Origin: Promethearchaeota archaeon
GTDB lineage: Archaea; Asgardarchaeota; Heimdallarchaeia; Hodarchaeales; Hodarchaeaceae
Reading direction: 5' to 3'
DNA: 64,000 bases
Assembly: GCA_048938105.1 (NCBI GenBank)
Contig: JBHLMN010000011.1
Coordinates: 96,001 to 160,000 of the forward strand
The notes beneath the pieces were generated by a model. It was not told the DNA's origin and searched no databases. It saw nothing but the letters and a program-made list of their open reading frames with translations. Shown in pieces: positions 41,101 through 49,661 of this stretch; the stretch's first letter is position 1, and every line of letters begins with the position of its first letter. Made by a program: the position numbers and the translations under genes.

Positions 41101-42339
41101 GGCGAATTACTTCCTATAACTGACCCTCGTGTTAAAATTTATTTTCCAGCCATAAGCAAATATCATACCCAAGCAATTGCTATGGTACTCCGTTGGAAAG
41201 GAATCCATGGATATGAAGCTGAGACACCAAATGATGAAATCTTAAGCTTAGGGAAAAAAAATGTGACTGGGAAAGAATGTGTTCCTTTACCAATCACCAT
41301 TGGCCAAATGCTATCAGCACATAAACAAAGAAAGTCTAATGAAGTGGTAGGATTCTACATGCTTGAGGCAGGGGCACCATGCGTGATTATTGCCTATAAA
41401 CGATTTTTCAACCAAGTTATCACTGAAAATAACCTTAAAAATCTCTTTATATTTGACCCACAAGCATCAGATAATTATTATGGCTTTGGGAATTCATTAT
41501 TAATGTCTATACCATTAGGATTAGTGCTAGCTGATTTGGTTAACGAGATAAAATCAGCATTATTGGTTGTAAGCCCAGAAAGTTTACCACTTTTTGAAGA
41601 GCATTGGGACGAGTTGATAACAAACTCAACAACCAAAAGAGAGTTCAACAAACAACTCAAAAGATTTATTCAACGATTATCAGAATATCCTTGTTCTAAA
41701 AGACCTAGTCAATGTCCAAGAGTTTTAATGACTGGAGATTTCTTTTTTCGGTTTGATGAGTTCTTAAAACAATCGATCGATGAGATTTATGCACGAAATG
41801 GTATTGTCATAAAAAATGTTGATGTAACTGAACTTGCACTGTTTGCACTTCATGATAATTTGCGAAGAATGGCACAAGACTGGAATAAAAATCCTGAAGG
41901 ACTAAAAACTGTGATATTCGCACTTGTGAATTATAAAGATAAAGGTAAAAAATACCTCTCCTTCTTGACTGGTTTTAAAATCCTCCAACGAACTGAAAAC
42001 AAACTCCGCAAAGAATTTGAAAAGACTGGTTTATTGTTTGCAGAGAAAAATCATGTTTACAATATTTTAAACTTTGGAAAGGATTATATTACTCCAAATA
42101 TTGTTGGTGAAGCCATTATTACCATTGGTAAGTCCATTGAAGCAAGTATCCAAAAATATGCTGGTGTAATTGTCATTGGCCCATTTAATTGTATGGCATT
42201 TCGTGTTTCTGAAGGGATTTTAAAACCTATGACAAAAAAATTAGGAATCCCGTTTTTGTTCTATGAAGCTGACTGTTCTCCAATTCCAAGCACATTATTA
42301 CGTCAGATTCAAGTACATATTCACCAAGCCACGCGTTAA
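38152..42339 (+). CDS. Acyl-CoA dehydratase activase-related protein (two BcrAD/BadFG ASKHA ATPase domains plus DUF2229-like region)
   Basis: GINIGS, KCAAGSG, RCSVHC; LGIDGGSTTTK, EIGGQDSK, NEACSAGTGSF, CQSCTNQC, GIPRAL, FSCGID, LEIDSH, GPFNC. Confidence 0.9.
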   Translation: MELLILSHQLLRESRTSHTTPIPRYIGINIGSLTIKRVIIEPYNISVDITSHNGLPLEILNDYSKEIGFFGISGKIGHISEPAAIERALKELQISCDAIISLGAEVFVLYLVNKKNEIFNVISHNKCAAGSGEFLSQQLTRMKLSLEDGIPLGYKGKTIPLASRCSVHCKTDITHKLNRNEATKADIIYSVINSMVCKVIALIEKSQYQVSRILLIGGGVKNKLLIKLIQQQLLRKTLITVPESIYFEAYGTALLVQDDPKFKSPHVSVTRTFENLPPLSQFQDLITIKQASKNPNAPGPYILGIDGGSTTTKAVILSKTTNEIVASHYMRTDGDPIQATRDCLATIIQNHSDFPIIAIGTTGSARKIIGAFTRSTCVINEISAHARGAVEFNPTVDTIFEIGGQDSKYIFLNQSVPISYAMNEACSAGTGSFIEEAAKGDLNLDVHKIANVAFSAQAPVKFKDNCAAFINTDIRTALQEGYSQADIVAGVIYSIVNNYLIKVKGKRRVGKIIFFQGGVALNLAISNAFAYATQRPIIVPPFPELMGAYGIALLTKERLEKGNITKVNVNLSTFIQRSFHKVGNFTCQSCTNQCIIDRLEVDGKKYPFGGRCSRWEREWQQKRASREITDYTQQRNDFLLKQETTTLPSNVRGTVGIPRALMNHSLFPLFNTFFRELGFEVVLSDTSLKGSEITDSAFCYPIEIAHGAVFDLINNKNIDLIFIPHIQKMPTYKKNHDHTHLCYFNQGFPYIAQQKFEDSAVEFLTPTLNFSGGYTSTTGLISLYNELNVTKSEAQSAYTKAVIRQQKIESELQKMGMQALQKVINDSNDLGVILVGRSYNAFPPETSMNISKKLTSQGITVIPFDCLERYDNEENFWYFSNLIMNAATLSIRFPNIFLLYISNFSCGIDAFTQFFLHKELGEKPYLLLEIDSHTADAGIFTRVEAFIEIIRNYSKQHVSVKKTQFNPSKVVFRSSKAYVSTNNGELLPITDPRVKIYFPAISKYHTQAIAMVLRWKGIHGYEAETPNDEILSLGKKNVTGKECVPLPITIGQMLSAHKQRKSNEVVGFYMLEAGAPCVIIAYKRFFNQVITENNLKNLFIFDPQASDNYYGFGNSLLMSIPLGLVLADLVNEIKSALLVVSPESLPLFEEHWDELITNSTTKREFNKQLKRFIQRLSEYPCSKRPSQCPRVLMTGDFFFRFDEFLKQSIDEIYARNGIVIKNVDVTELALFALHDNLRRMAQDWNKNPEGLKTVIFALVNYKDKGKKYLSFLTGFKILQRTENKLRKEFEKTGLLFAEKNHVYNILNFGKDYITPNIVGEAIITIGKSIEASIQKYAGVIVIGPFNCMAFRVSEGILKPMTKKLGIPFLFYEADCSPIPSTLLRQIQVHIHQATR

Positions 42340-42504
42340 AGGTTATAAATCAAAAAAGGATAAATTCCAAAGAAATCAATAATTTAGTCATCATTATCAA
42401 ATATTCATTCAATATAGTTCAATAACATATTATTTATCGTAATAAATTCAAAATAGAGCCAAATAAATTTGTACGACTTAAATGAATAAGGAGATAGAAA
42501 GATT

Positions 42505-43062
42505 ATGCAAGACAAAATTATCACTATTTTGAATAAAACAGCTACAGGCAGTAAGAAAGAACGAATTCTCCTGACACCTATTGGAGGAGGAGCCTTTATC
42601 ATCTTTAGTTTATCTTTAATTTTAATTTCTCTTGTGATAGACGAAGTATTGTGTTTTCCTAGACTCCTTCTCAAGCCAAACAATCTACTGATATCAATAC
42701 CTATTATCACACTAGGATTATTTTTAATAGTATGGTCATCCTTGCTTTTCGCTAAAGCGAAAGGAACACCTGTACCTCTTTCTCCTCCTAAAAAGCTAGT
42801 AAATACTGGACCCTATACTTATATTAGAAATCCAATTGTGGTGGGTTATATCTTGATATTTTGGGGGATTGGATTTTTATTAGAATCAATTTCTCTTATA
42901 ATTTTCATCACTCCAATATTCTTTCTACTTCTTATTCTAGAGATAAAACTGATCGAAGAACCAGAATTAGAGAAACGTCTGGGAAAAGAATACTTGGATT
43001 ATAAGAAAAGAGTCCCCATGTTCATTCCAAGGTTGAAAAGGAAAATCAAGAAATTATCGTGA
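42505..43062 (+). CDS. Isoprenylcysteine carboxyl methyltransferase / PEMT family membrane protein
   Basis: GTPVPLSPPKKLVNTGPYTYIRNP, EEPELEKRLGKEYLDYKKRVPMFIP. Confidence 0.9.
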   Translation: MQDKIITILNKTATGSKKERILLTPIGGGAFIIFSLSLILISLVIDEVLCFPRLLLKPNNLLISIPIITLGLFLIVWSSLLFAKAKGTPVPLSPPKKLVNTGPYTYIRNPIVVGYILIFWGIGFLLESISLIIFITPIFFLLLILEIKLIEEPELEKRLGKEYLDYKKRVPMFIPRLKRKIKKLS

Positions 43063-43462
43063 GGAATAATAATCATGGAGTCAATATTAATACTAAAACA
43101 AATGTTGAAACTATAACCACGATGATTATTGCTACAGTTAGTAATAGGTGCTTCAAAGTAGTTTAGCCAGATTTTATAGTTTGTCTTACGATAGAAATAA
43201 GGACAGTGCCCTCTTTCGATATAATCTCTAGGTAAATGAATAATCAAGAAAATTAATCTAACTTGAAATGAAAATCAAAAAAATAAAATCAGGATAAAAT
43301 TATAAAATATGATAATTAGGATTCGTATCTTAGACCTAAAAACCAGGAATACGAAGGAACTGGTTTTTGCAGGTAAAATAATGAAAACAATGTTGTCTTA
43401 TATTACATTTGTAGATAATAAAGATCTGGGAACAATTTACCTTCTTAAGGAAAGAAATCTAA

Positions 43463-44356
43463 ATGGAAAGACGAGGGATTGTATTTTGTCTGGTGATGGG
43501 AGTATTTCTAACCTATTTTTTGCCAACTAATGCAGGAGTAGCAGAAATACAGGACAGACTCCTTCTAGCTAGCACATTCTACGAGCTAGGATATGAAACA
43601 ACAAAGACATATCATCGAGGTGGATCATTGACATTAAATGTGAACTGCTCTGGATCTACTTTTGGTTTATATTCGGCAAAAATTAATCTACATTTTACGG
43701 GGGAAGATAGCTATTATTACTATCGGATAAATGGGGGAACTGAACAATCTGGGGGAGCAAAACCAGGATGTGAATTCTTTACTGGATGGCAAGAAAGGTC
43801 TCTTGAACCTGGTTTCTTCCGAGAGGGAAATAACAGCCTCCAAATTCTTGTTTATAACTGTCCGATAAGTGATCAAACATCAAGTCTAAATAAATATCTA
43901 ATCATCCTGCCAGATTCGTATATCGAGATTTATGATGCCTCAGCAACAGAAAGTAATTCACTGTCTGAATCTTTAACCACTACCATAACAGTCGTATCTT
44001 CGGAAACTTCTGTCTTGTCTTCTTCCATAGATGGGTTTATAGGGGGATTAATAGTAGGTGCAGTCTTGACTGGAGGCATTTTAGCTGGGTGGTATTTTTT
44101 ATACTCTAAAAGAAATGGAATGAAAGCTCCTGCCAAACGATTCGTCTCACGAATCCCAATAAACCATATCTGTAGTATCTGTAAGCAAAATATTATGACA
44201 GATCAGCTGATCGAGTGTCCTAATTGCCAAAACGCATTTCATGAAACCCACTTCGCCGAAGCCATTAAAACGACGGGCCAATGTCCGATCTGTAAGAGTA
44301 ATATCATTACCATGGATAGTGGGTACACTACATGGTCACAGGAAAATGATAAATAA
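43463..44356 (+). CDS. Single-pass membrane protein: signal peptide, beta-rich ectodomain, Ser/Thr stalk, TM, cytoplasmic RING-like zinc finger
   Basis: MERRGIVFCLVMGVFL...TNA signal; SESLTTTITVVSSETSVLSSS stalk; Gly-rich TM followed by KRNGMK; C-x2-C-x11-C-x2-C-x4-H-x2-H-x10-C-x2-C at 44171-44293. Confidence 0.8.
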   Translation: MERRGIVFCLVMGVFLTYFLPTNAGVAEIQDRLLLASTFYELGYETTKTYHRGGSLTLNVNCSGSTFGLYSAKINLHFTGEDSYYYYRINGGTEQSGGAKPGCEFFTGWQERSLEPGFFREGNNSLQILVYNCPISDQTSSLNKYLIILPDSYIEIYDASATESNSLSESLTTTITVVSSETSVLSSSIDGFIGGLIVGAVLTGGILAGWYFLYSKRNGMKAPAKRFVSRIPINHICSICKQNIMTDQLIECPNCQNAFHETHFAEAIKTTGQCPICKSNIITMDSGYTTWSQENDK

Positions 44357-44399
44357 CAAAAAAAGGCTAAATCATTAAGAAATGTGCCCAATCTAGCGT

Positions 44400-45437
44400 A
44401 TGGATTCCCCAATCAATGAACTGGTTCTTCTAATGGAATATAAAGACCTTGAGAACTGTAAATTGTGTGCCTGGGAATGTGGAGTCGATCGCTTAGCAGG
44501 GGAACAGGGAGTCTGTATGATGGGGCTTCCAGAAGTAGCCAGCTGCCAACTTCACCCTGCTCCACCACAATCATACACTGTGTTCATGTGTGGATGTCCC
44601 TTCAAGTGCCTCAATTGTCAGAACTGGCAAATCGCTCACTATCCAGTCATCCAAAGCCCGATGAAGGGAATGGTTAATCCTGAACATATTGCTCGAATTG
44701 GGGTTCAAGCAATAAATTCTAGTGCTGGCCAACTTATTGGTGCAGACCGATTCTTTTTCAGTGGCGGTTCTCCGACTGTTGCTCTCCCTTGGATTGAAGA
44801 TGTTGTTCGATATGTTAAAACTATTGATCCTAAAATGAAAATTAATTTTGATACGAATGGTTTCCCCTCTAGGAGGAGTTTTCAACGGATTCTCTCCTTT
44901 TCGGACTCATTAACATTTGACATTAAAGCCTACAATGATGAAGTTCATCGAGCTTTAACTGGCGCGCCAGTGGAGCCTGTGTTAGCTAATGCGGAGGAAA
45001 TGGCCAGACATAGAGATCAGTTATGGGAGTTTAGAGTCTTAGTTATACCAAGAATCGTTGATCTCCCAGAAATTCAAGCTATAATGGAATTCATTGTCAG
45101 TTTAGATGAAACATTACCAACGTCTCTTCTCACATTCCGTCCCAATTATTGTTTAGATATCCATCTGGGAGCATCAAGGAAATTAATGGAAGAAGCCGTG
45201 AATCTTGCTCGAAAGATAGGGTTAGAAAACGTTCATTGGGCAGGTTTTTTGAATATTCCTGGTGAAAATCCTTCTGTTCCCCCACACTTTGTAGCTAAAT
45301 TTACCCATCAACATGCAGCTGTTGCAGCCTTTTATGCACAACGAGCTGGGTGTGTAAGAATCCAACGGAATTGTGGAAAGTGTGACTCTAATCTTTCTTG
45401 TGATTTGAAGGGCTATATCCCTCATCAAAGTACTTAA
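44400..45437 (+). CDS. Radical SAM protein (PFL-activase/PflX-like)
   Basis: N-terminal CKLCAWECGVDR, GCPFKCLNCQNW, FSGGSPT, FDTNG, FDIKA; extra C-terminal Cys cluster. Confidence 0.88.
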   Translation: MDSPINELVLLMEYKDLENCKLCAWECGVDRLAGEQGVCMMGLPEVASCQLHPAPPQSYTVFMCGCPFKCLNCQNWQIAHYPVIQSPMKGMVNPEHIARIGVQAINSSAGQLIGADRFFFSGGSPTVALPWIEDVVRYVKTIDPKMKINFDTNGFPSRRSFQRILSFSDSLTFDIKAYNDEVHRALTGAPVEPVLANAEEMARHRDQLWEFRVLVIPRIVDLPEIQAIMEFIVSLDETLPTSLLTFRPNYCLDIHLGASRKLMEEAVNLARKIGLENVHWAGFLNIPGENPSVPPHFVAKFTHQHAAVAAFYAQRAGCVRIQRNCGKCDSNLSCDLKGYIPHQST

Positions 45438-45461
45438 ACCATCATTGACCAGGCTAGTTAC

Positions 45462-46355
45462 TTAAAAGAATTCTTTTAATTTAACGACAATTTCTTTTAT
45501 AGGATCTAATTTATTTAATGTGTAAAAATGGAGGCCTGGTGCACCTCCCTCAAGAAGTTCAACACATTGGTTGATAGCAATCTCAATTCCTTTTCTCTCA
45601 GTTGTCTTTAGGTCGTCCTCTAACGGCCCAAAGATGTCATGGAAACGCTGAGGGATGGTAGCTCCACAAAAGGCGCAAAAATTCTTTAAATTCTTGAAGT
45701 TGAAAACTGGAAGGATACCTGGAATAACTCTATTATTGATACTTATTTTGTGAAGACGATCCACATAATCAAAGTAGTCTTTGTTTTCATAGAACAGCTG
45801 TGTGATAATAAACTCACCCCCATGTTCTATCTTATTCTTTAGATATTTAATATCAATCTCCTTGCTTAGAGCTTCAGGATGGCCTTCTGGAAATCCTGCA
45901 ACTCCACAAGAAAAATAATTGCCATAGAATTCTGATACAAGATCACAAAGCTGATAAGCGTACTCTAAACCATTGGGTGTAGGTTTCCACGTCTTAACAC
46001 CCTTGGGTGGGTCACCCCGTAGTGCAAGAATATTGACTATCCCATTAGCTTTCATTGTATCCAGTATATCAATCAGATCTTGTTTGGAATGTCCAACACA
46101 TGTTATGTGGTGAATGGTAGGTATGTTAAAACGAGTTTGAAGTTCAGTGGTGATCTCCATTGTTTTATCCCGTGTACTACCTCCCGCGCCATAGGTGACT
46201 GATATAAAATCGGCTCCAAGTTTTACAAGTTCACCTACTACATGAAAAAAGGAATCTAATTCAAATTGTTTTTTGGGAGGAAAGAACTCAAATGAAAGAG
46301 TTATTTCTTTTTGTTTGAAAATATCAATTATCTTCTGTATTCGCATAAGTTTCAA
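45462..46355 (-). CDS. metF: 5,10-methylenetetrahydrofolate reductase
   Basis: LSFEFFPPK, SVTYGAGG, HITC, ILALRGDPP, AGFPEGHP, ITQLFY, GLHFYTLN. Confidence 0.95.
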   Translation of the reverse strand: MKLMRIQKIIDIFKQKEITLSFEFFPPKKQFELDSFFHVVGELVKLGADFISVTYGAGGSTRDKTMEITTELQTRFNIPTIHHITCVGHSKQDLIDILDTMKANGIVNILALRGDPPKGVKTWKPTPNGLEYAYQLCDLVSEFYGNYFSCGVAGFPEGHPEALSKEIDIKYLKNKIEHGGEFIITQLFYENKDYFDYVDRLHKISINNRVIPGILPVFNFKNLKNFCAFCGATIPQRFHDIFGPLEDDLKTTERKGIEIAINQCVELLEGGAPGLHFYTLNKLDPIKEIVVKLKEFF

Positions 46356-46462
46356 CTATGATACCAAGAATAATTCCCAAAAAAAAACACTGCAACTTAA
46401 AACTTGTTGCTAGTTTTAATAATTAAAATCTAGTTAAGCTTAATATCAGGTAATAGGCAATT

Positions 46463-47620
46463 TTGGATGTTAGGATAACAATGGAAGATGTATTGAGCGA
46501 TTTCCCAACCATTGAGGAAGTTAATTATCTGAGTACTGCCAGTATAGGGTTAGTTCCGAATCCTGTGATCGAAAAAACTAATGATTTCTTTGTAGAGATG
46601 GCTCGAGGGGGAACTTTAGCTTTAGATGAGGAAACAGAGGTTAATATTTATGATAATCTAAGAACTGAAGGAGCTAAGCTTTTTGGTTGTGAACCAAGAG
46701 ATGTTGCTGTCTTCAACAGCGTTTCTGAATCTCTTAATACTATAGCTTGGAGTTTAGAATTGAAAGAAGGAAAGATTATCTCAACAAACATTGAATTTCC
46801 AAGTGTCACTTATCCTGGGATAAGGCTAGCAGAACAAAGAAACATTCAGGTGGAGTTAATACCAGCGGTTAATTGGGTAATTTTGACTGATGATTTATTA
46901 AAAGCAATTGATGATAGTACTAAAGTTGTTTTTCTGTCTCATGTTGAATTTATCACGGGTCAACAATTCGATTTAAAGGAGATTTCAAATCAGGCCCATG
47001 AATATGGCGCACTAGTAGTTGTAGATGGAATTCAAGCAGCTGGCTATGTTCCGCTTAATATGAAAGAATTAAATATCGATGTGTATATCACTGGGAGCTA
47101 CAAATGGTTATTAGCTCCATTTGGAACAGCAATTACCTACATCTCAAAGAACTTATGTGAAACATTGAGACCAGCTTTTGTTGGCTGGCGGACGTCTGAG
47201 AATATGTGGGATTTCAACCCAATGGAATTAAAATATGCAACTACTGCTAGGAAGTTTGAATACAGCACAAGCGCGTATGGGGTTAAGATTGGACTTGCAG
47301 AATCAATCAATTATTTACTTCAGATCGGTATCAAGAGTATCCAAACTCATAACATGAAATTAATTGATATTCTATTGCAAGAACTCAGCTTAATTGAAGG
47401 GATAAAAATTATTTCACCAGAGTGTCGTGGGTCAATCGTAACTTTCACAATTGAGGGAAAAGAGAGTAAGGAAATTAACGAGAAATTACGTTCATTAAAG
47501 AGACCTATCGAGCTGACAATAAGACAGAATATGATTCGAGTATCACCACACATTTATAATACTGAAGAAGACATTATAGATTTTGTAACAAACCTAAAAC
47601 AGATAATTAGAGACCTATGA
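46463..47620 (+). CDS. Class V PLP-dependent enzyme (SufS/kynureninase/EgtE-like)
   Basis: YLSTAS, EFPSV, LSHVEFITG, VDGIQAAG, GSYKWLLAP, IRVSPHIYN. Confidence 0.88.
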   Translation: MDVRITMEDVLSDFPTIEEVNYLSTASIGLVPNPVIEKTNDFFVEMARGGTLALDEETEVNIYDNLRTEGAKLFGCEPRDVAVFNSVSESLNTIAWSLELKEGKIISTNIEFPSVTYPGIRLAEQRNIQVELIPAVNWVILTDDLLKAIDDSTKVVFLSHVEFITGQQFDLKEISNQAHEYGALVVVDGIQAAGYVPLNMKELNIDVYITGSYKWLLAPFGTAITYISKNLCETLRPAFVGWRTSENMWDFNPMELKYATTARKFEYSTSAYGVKIGLAESINYLLQIGIKSIQTHNMKLIDILLQELSLIEGIKIISPECRGSIVTFTIEGKESKEINEKLRSLKRPIELTIRQNMIRVSPHIYNTEEDIIDFVTNLKQIIRDL

Positions 47621-47676
47621 AAAATATGTCTCTTTACAGATTCTATAACGATAAACGAATGGTTTCTTGCTGAAAT

Positions 47677-48126
47677 CTAAAGAATGAATTCTTTAGGTAA
47701 AAGTTCTTTGAGTTTAACAATCTTCTGCAACTCTTTATGAAAATACTCAAGGGTTGATTCCTTGAGAGCCTCTTCAAGAGTAACCCACTTGTATTCGGAA
47801 TGTTCCCAACTTAATTTCACTTCTCCTTCAAGATATTTCACCCAATAATAGATAAAGACCATGGGAACCTCTTGGCCACCTCTATAGAAACATGAAGTAG
47901 CGATTGGCATAACAACTTGAGCTTCAATTCCTACTTCTTCTTCTATCTCACGTAAAACTCCATTCTCGGGATTCTCATCCCTCTCTAGTCTTCCTGTGAC
48001 TGGTTCCCAAGTGTTTGGTGCAAAATCCTTATTGGAAGACCTTTTGAGAATTAAGAAGTGATTATTTTTCTCTATTATTGCAGCTAATCCAACATAGAAT
48101 GTTTTCATGATATCCACTTTCTTCAC
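47677..48126 (-). CDS. NUDIX hydrolase
   Basis: GRLERDENPENGVLREIEEEVG Nudix box; LSWEHSEYKW. Confidence 0.9.
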   Translation of the reverse strand: MKKVDIMKTFYVGLAAIIEKNNHFLILKRSSNKDFAPNTWEPVTGRLERDENPENGVLREIEEEVGIEAQVVMPIATSCFYRGGQEVPMVFIYYWVKYLEGEVKLSWEHSEYKWVTLEEALKESTLEYFHKELQKIVKLKELLPKEFIL

Positions 48127-48243
48127 TCTACATTGACTTAAGTTAAGAATAATGTTTTTATGCTTTTATGAGAAGATGTCCAAGTTGAAAAATCACCTTC
48201 TATCATTAATTTGAAAGGTACCTGACTAGGAGATATATCAAAA

Positions 48244-49656
48244 ATGGATCTTGTTGATTTTCGTAATAATGCACACCGAATAGTAGACTGGATGGTAAAT
48301 TATCTAGAAACAGTAGAGAAATATCCTGTGAAATCCCAAGTAAAACCTGGAGAGATAATCAATAAACTACCGTTAGAAGCACCAACTACCGGTGAAGACT
48401 TCGAGAAAATTTTCACTGATTTTGAAGAATTAATAATACCTGGAATAACTCATTGGCAGAGTCCTAATTTCTTTGCTTATTTTCCCGCTAATAGTTCTCA
48501 TGCCTCAATTTTAGCAGAAATGCTGATGACAACTCTGGGCGCTCAATGCATGAGCTGGGAAACATCTCCAGCAGCAACTGAATTAGAAGAACGAGTTATG
48601 GAATGGTTACGGGATATGATCAGTTTACCCAAGGATTTCAGTGGAGTGATCCAGGACACCGCTTCAACATCAACAACCTGCTCTCTGTTAACAGCTCGAG
48701 AACAGCTCACTAATTATGAAATTAACTCAACAGGGATGAATGATAAGGGTATCTTAACAGCATACTGTTCTACTGAAACCCATTCAAGTATTGAAAAAGC
48801 AGTTAAAATAATTGGAATAGGTAAGGAGAACTTAAGGAAAATACCTGTGGATGAAAACTATGCTCTGCAATCAGAAGCCTTGAAAGAAGCTATCGAATCA
48901 GATATTAGTAATGATCTGAAACCAATGGCTGTCATCGCCACAATTGGGACAACGGGTTCTACAGCAATTGATCCCTTAAAAAAAATAGGGGAAATCTGTT
49001 CAAAACATAAGATCTGGTTACATGTTGACGCAGCATTGGCTGGAACTGCACTACTCTTACCAGAATACCAATGGATGATTGAGGGAATCGAATATGCAGA
49101 TACTTTTGTGTTCAATCCGCATAAATGGATGTTTACTAATTTTGACTGTTCTGCATATTTTATTAAAGATCCAAGGGCCTTAGTTCAAACTTTTGAGATC
49201 TTACCGGAGTATCTCAAAACTAAAGCAGAGGGAGTGAAGAATTTTCGAGACTGGGGATTGCAATTAGGCCGACGGTTTCGAGCTCTTAAACTGTGGTTTG
49301 TGATTAGACACTTTGGAATAGAAGGATTACAACAAAAAGTTAGATTTCATATCAATCTTGCGAAATCTTTAAGCCAAAAAATTGAACAATCACCGAATTT
49401 TGAATTATTAGCTCCAGTTCCTCTGAATACAATCTGTTTTAGATATAATCCACCTACTATCGATGTTGAAGAGGAATTAAATCGATTGAATGAAGAATTA
49501 ATGCATCGATTGAATAATACAGGAAAACTCTATATGACTCATACAAAATTAAATGGAAAATACACCCTCAGACTCGTCACAGGGCAAACATACACCCAAG
49601 AAAAGCATGTAAACCAAGCATGGGCGTTAATACAAAAAGAAATACAGAAACTGTAG
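48244..49656 (+). CDS. Aromatic-L-amino-acid decarboxylase (group II PLP decarboxylase)
   Basis: PGITHWQSPNFFAYFP, SPAATELE, GVIQDTAS, WLHVDAA, FNPHKWMFTNFDCS, LGRRFRALKLW. Confidence 0.92.
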   Translation: MDLVDFRNNAHRIVDWMVNYLETVEKYPVKSQVKPGEIINKLPLEAPTTGEDFEKIFTDFEELIIPGITHWQSPNFFAYFPANSSHASILAEMLMTTLGAQCMSWETSPAATELEERVMEWLRDMISLPKDFSGVIQDTASTSTTCSLLTAREQLTNYEINSTGMNDKGILTAYCSTETHSSIEKAVKIIGIGKENLRKIPVDENYALQSEALKEAIESDISNDLKPMAVIATIGTTGSTAIDPLKKIGEICSKHKIWLHVDAALAGTALLLPEYQWMIEGIEYADTFVFNPHKWMFTNFDCSAYFIKDPRALVQTFEILPEYLKTKAEGVKNFRDWGLQLGRRFRALKLWFVIRHFGIEGLQQKVRFHINLAKSLSQKIEQSPNFELLAPVPLNTICFRYNPPTIDVEEELNRLNEELMHRLNNTGKLYMTHTKLNGKYTLRLVTGQTYTQEKHVNQAWALIQKEIQKL

Positions 49657-49661
49657 CTTCA

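Noticed and set aside
42999-43530. ORFs 42999..43247 (-) and 43309..43530 (+)
   Set aside because: Both overlap real genes and lack motifs; probably spurious.
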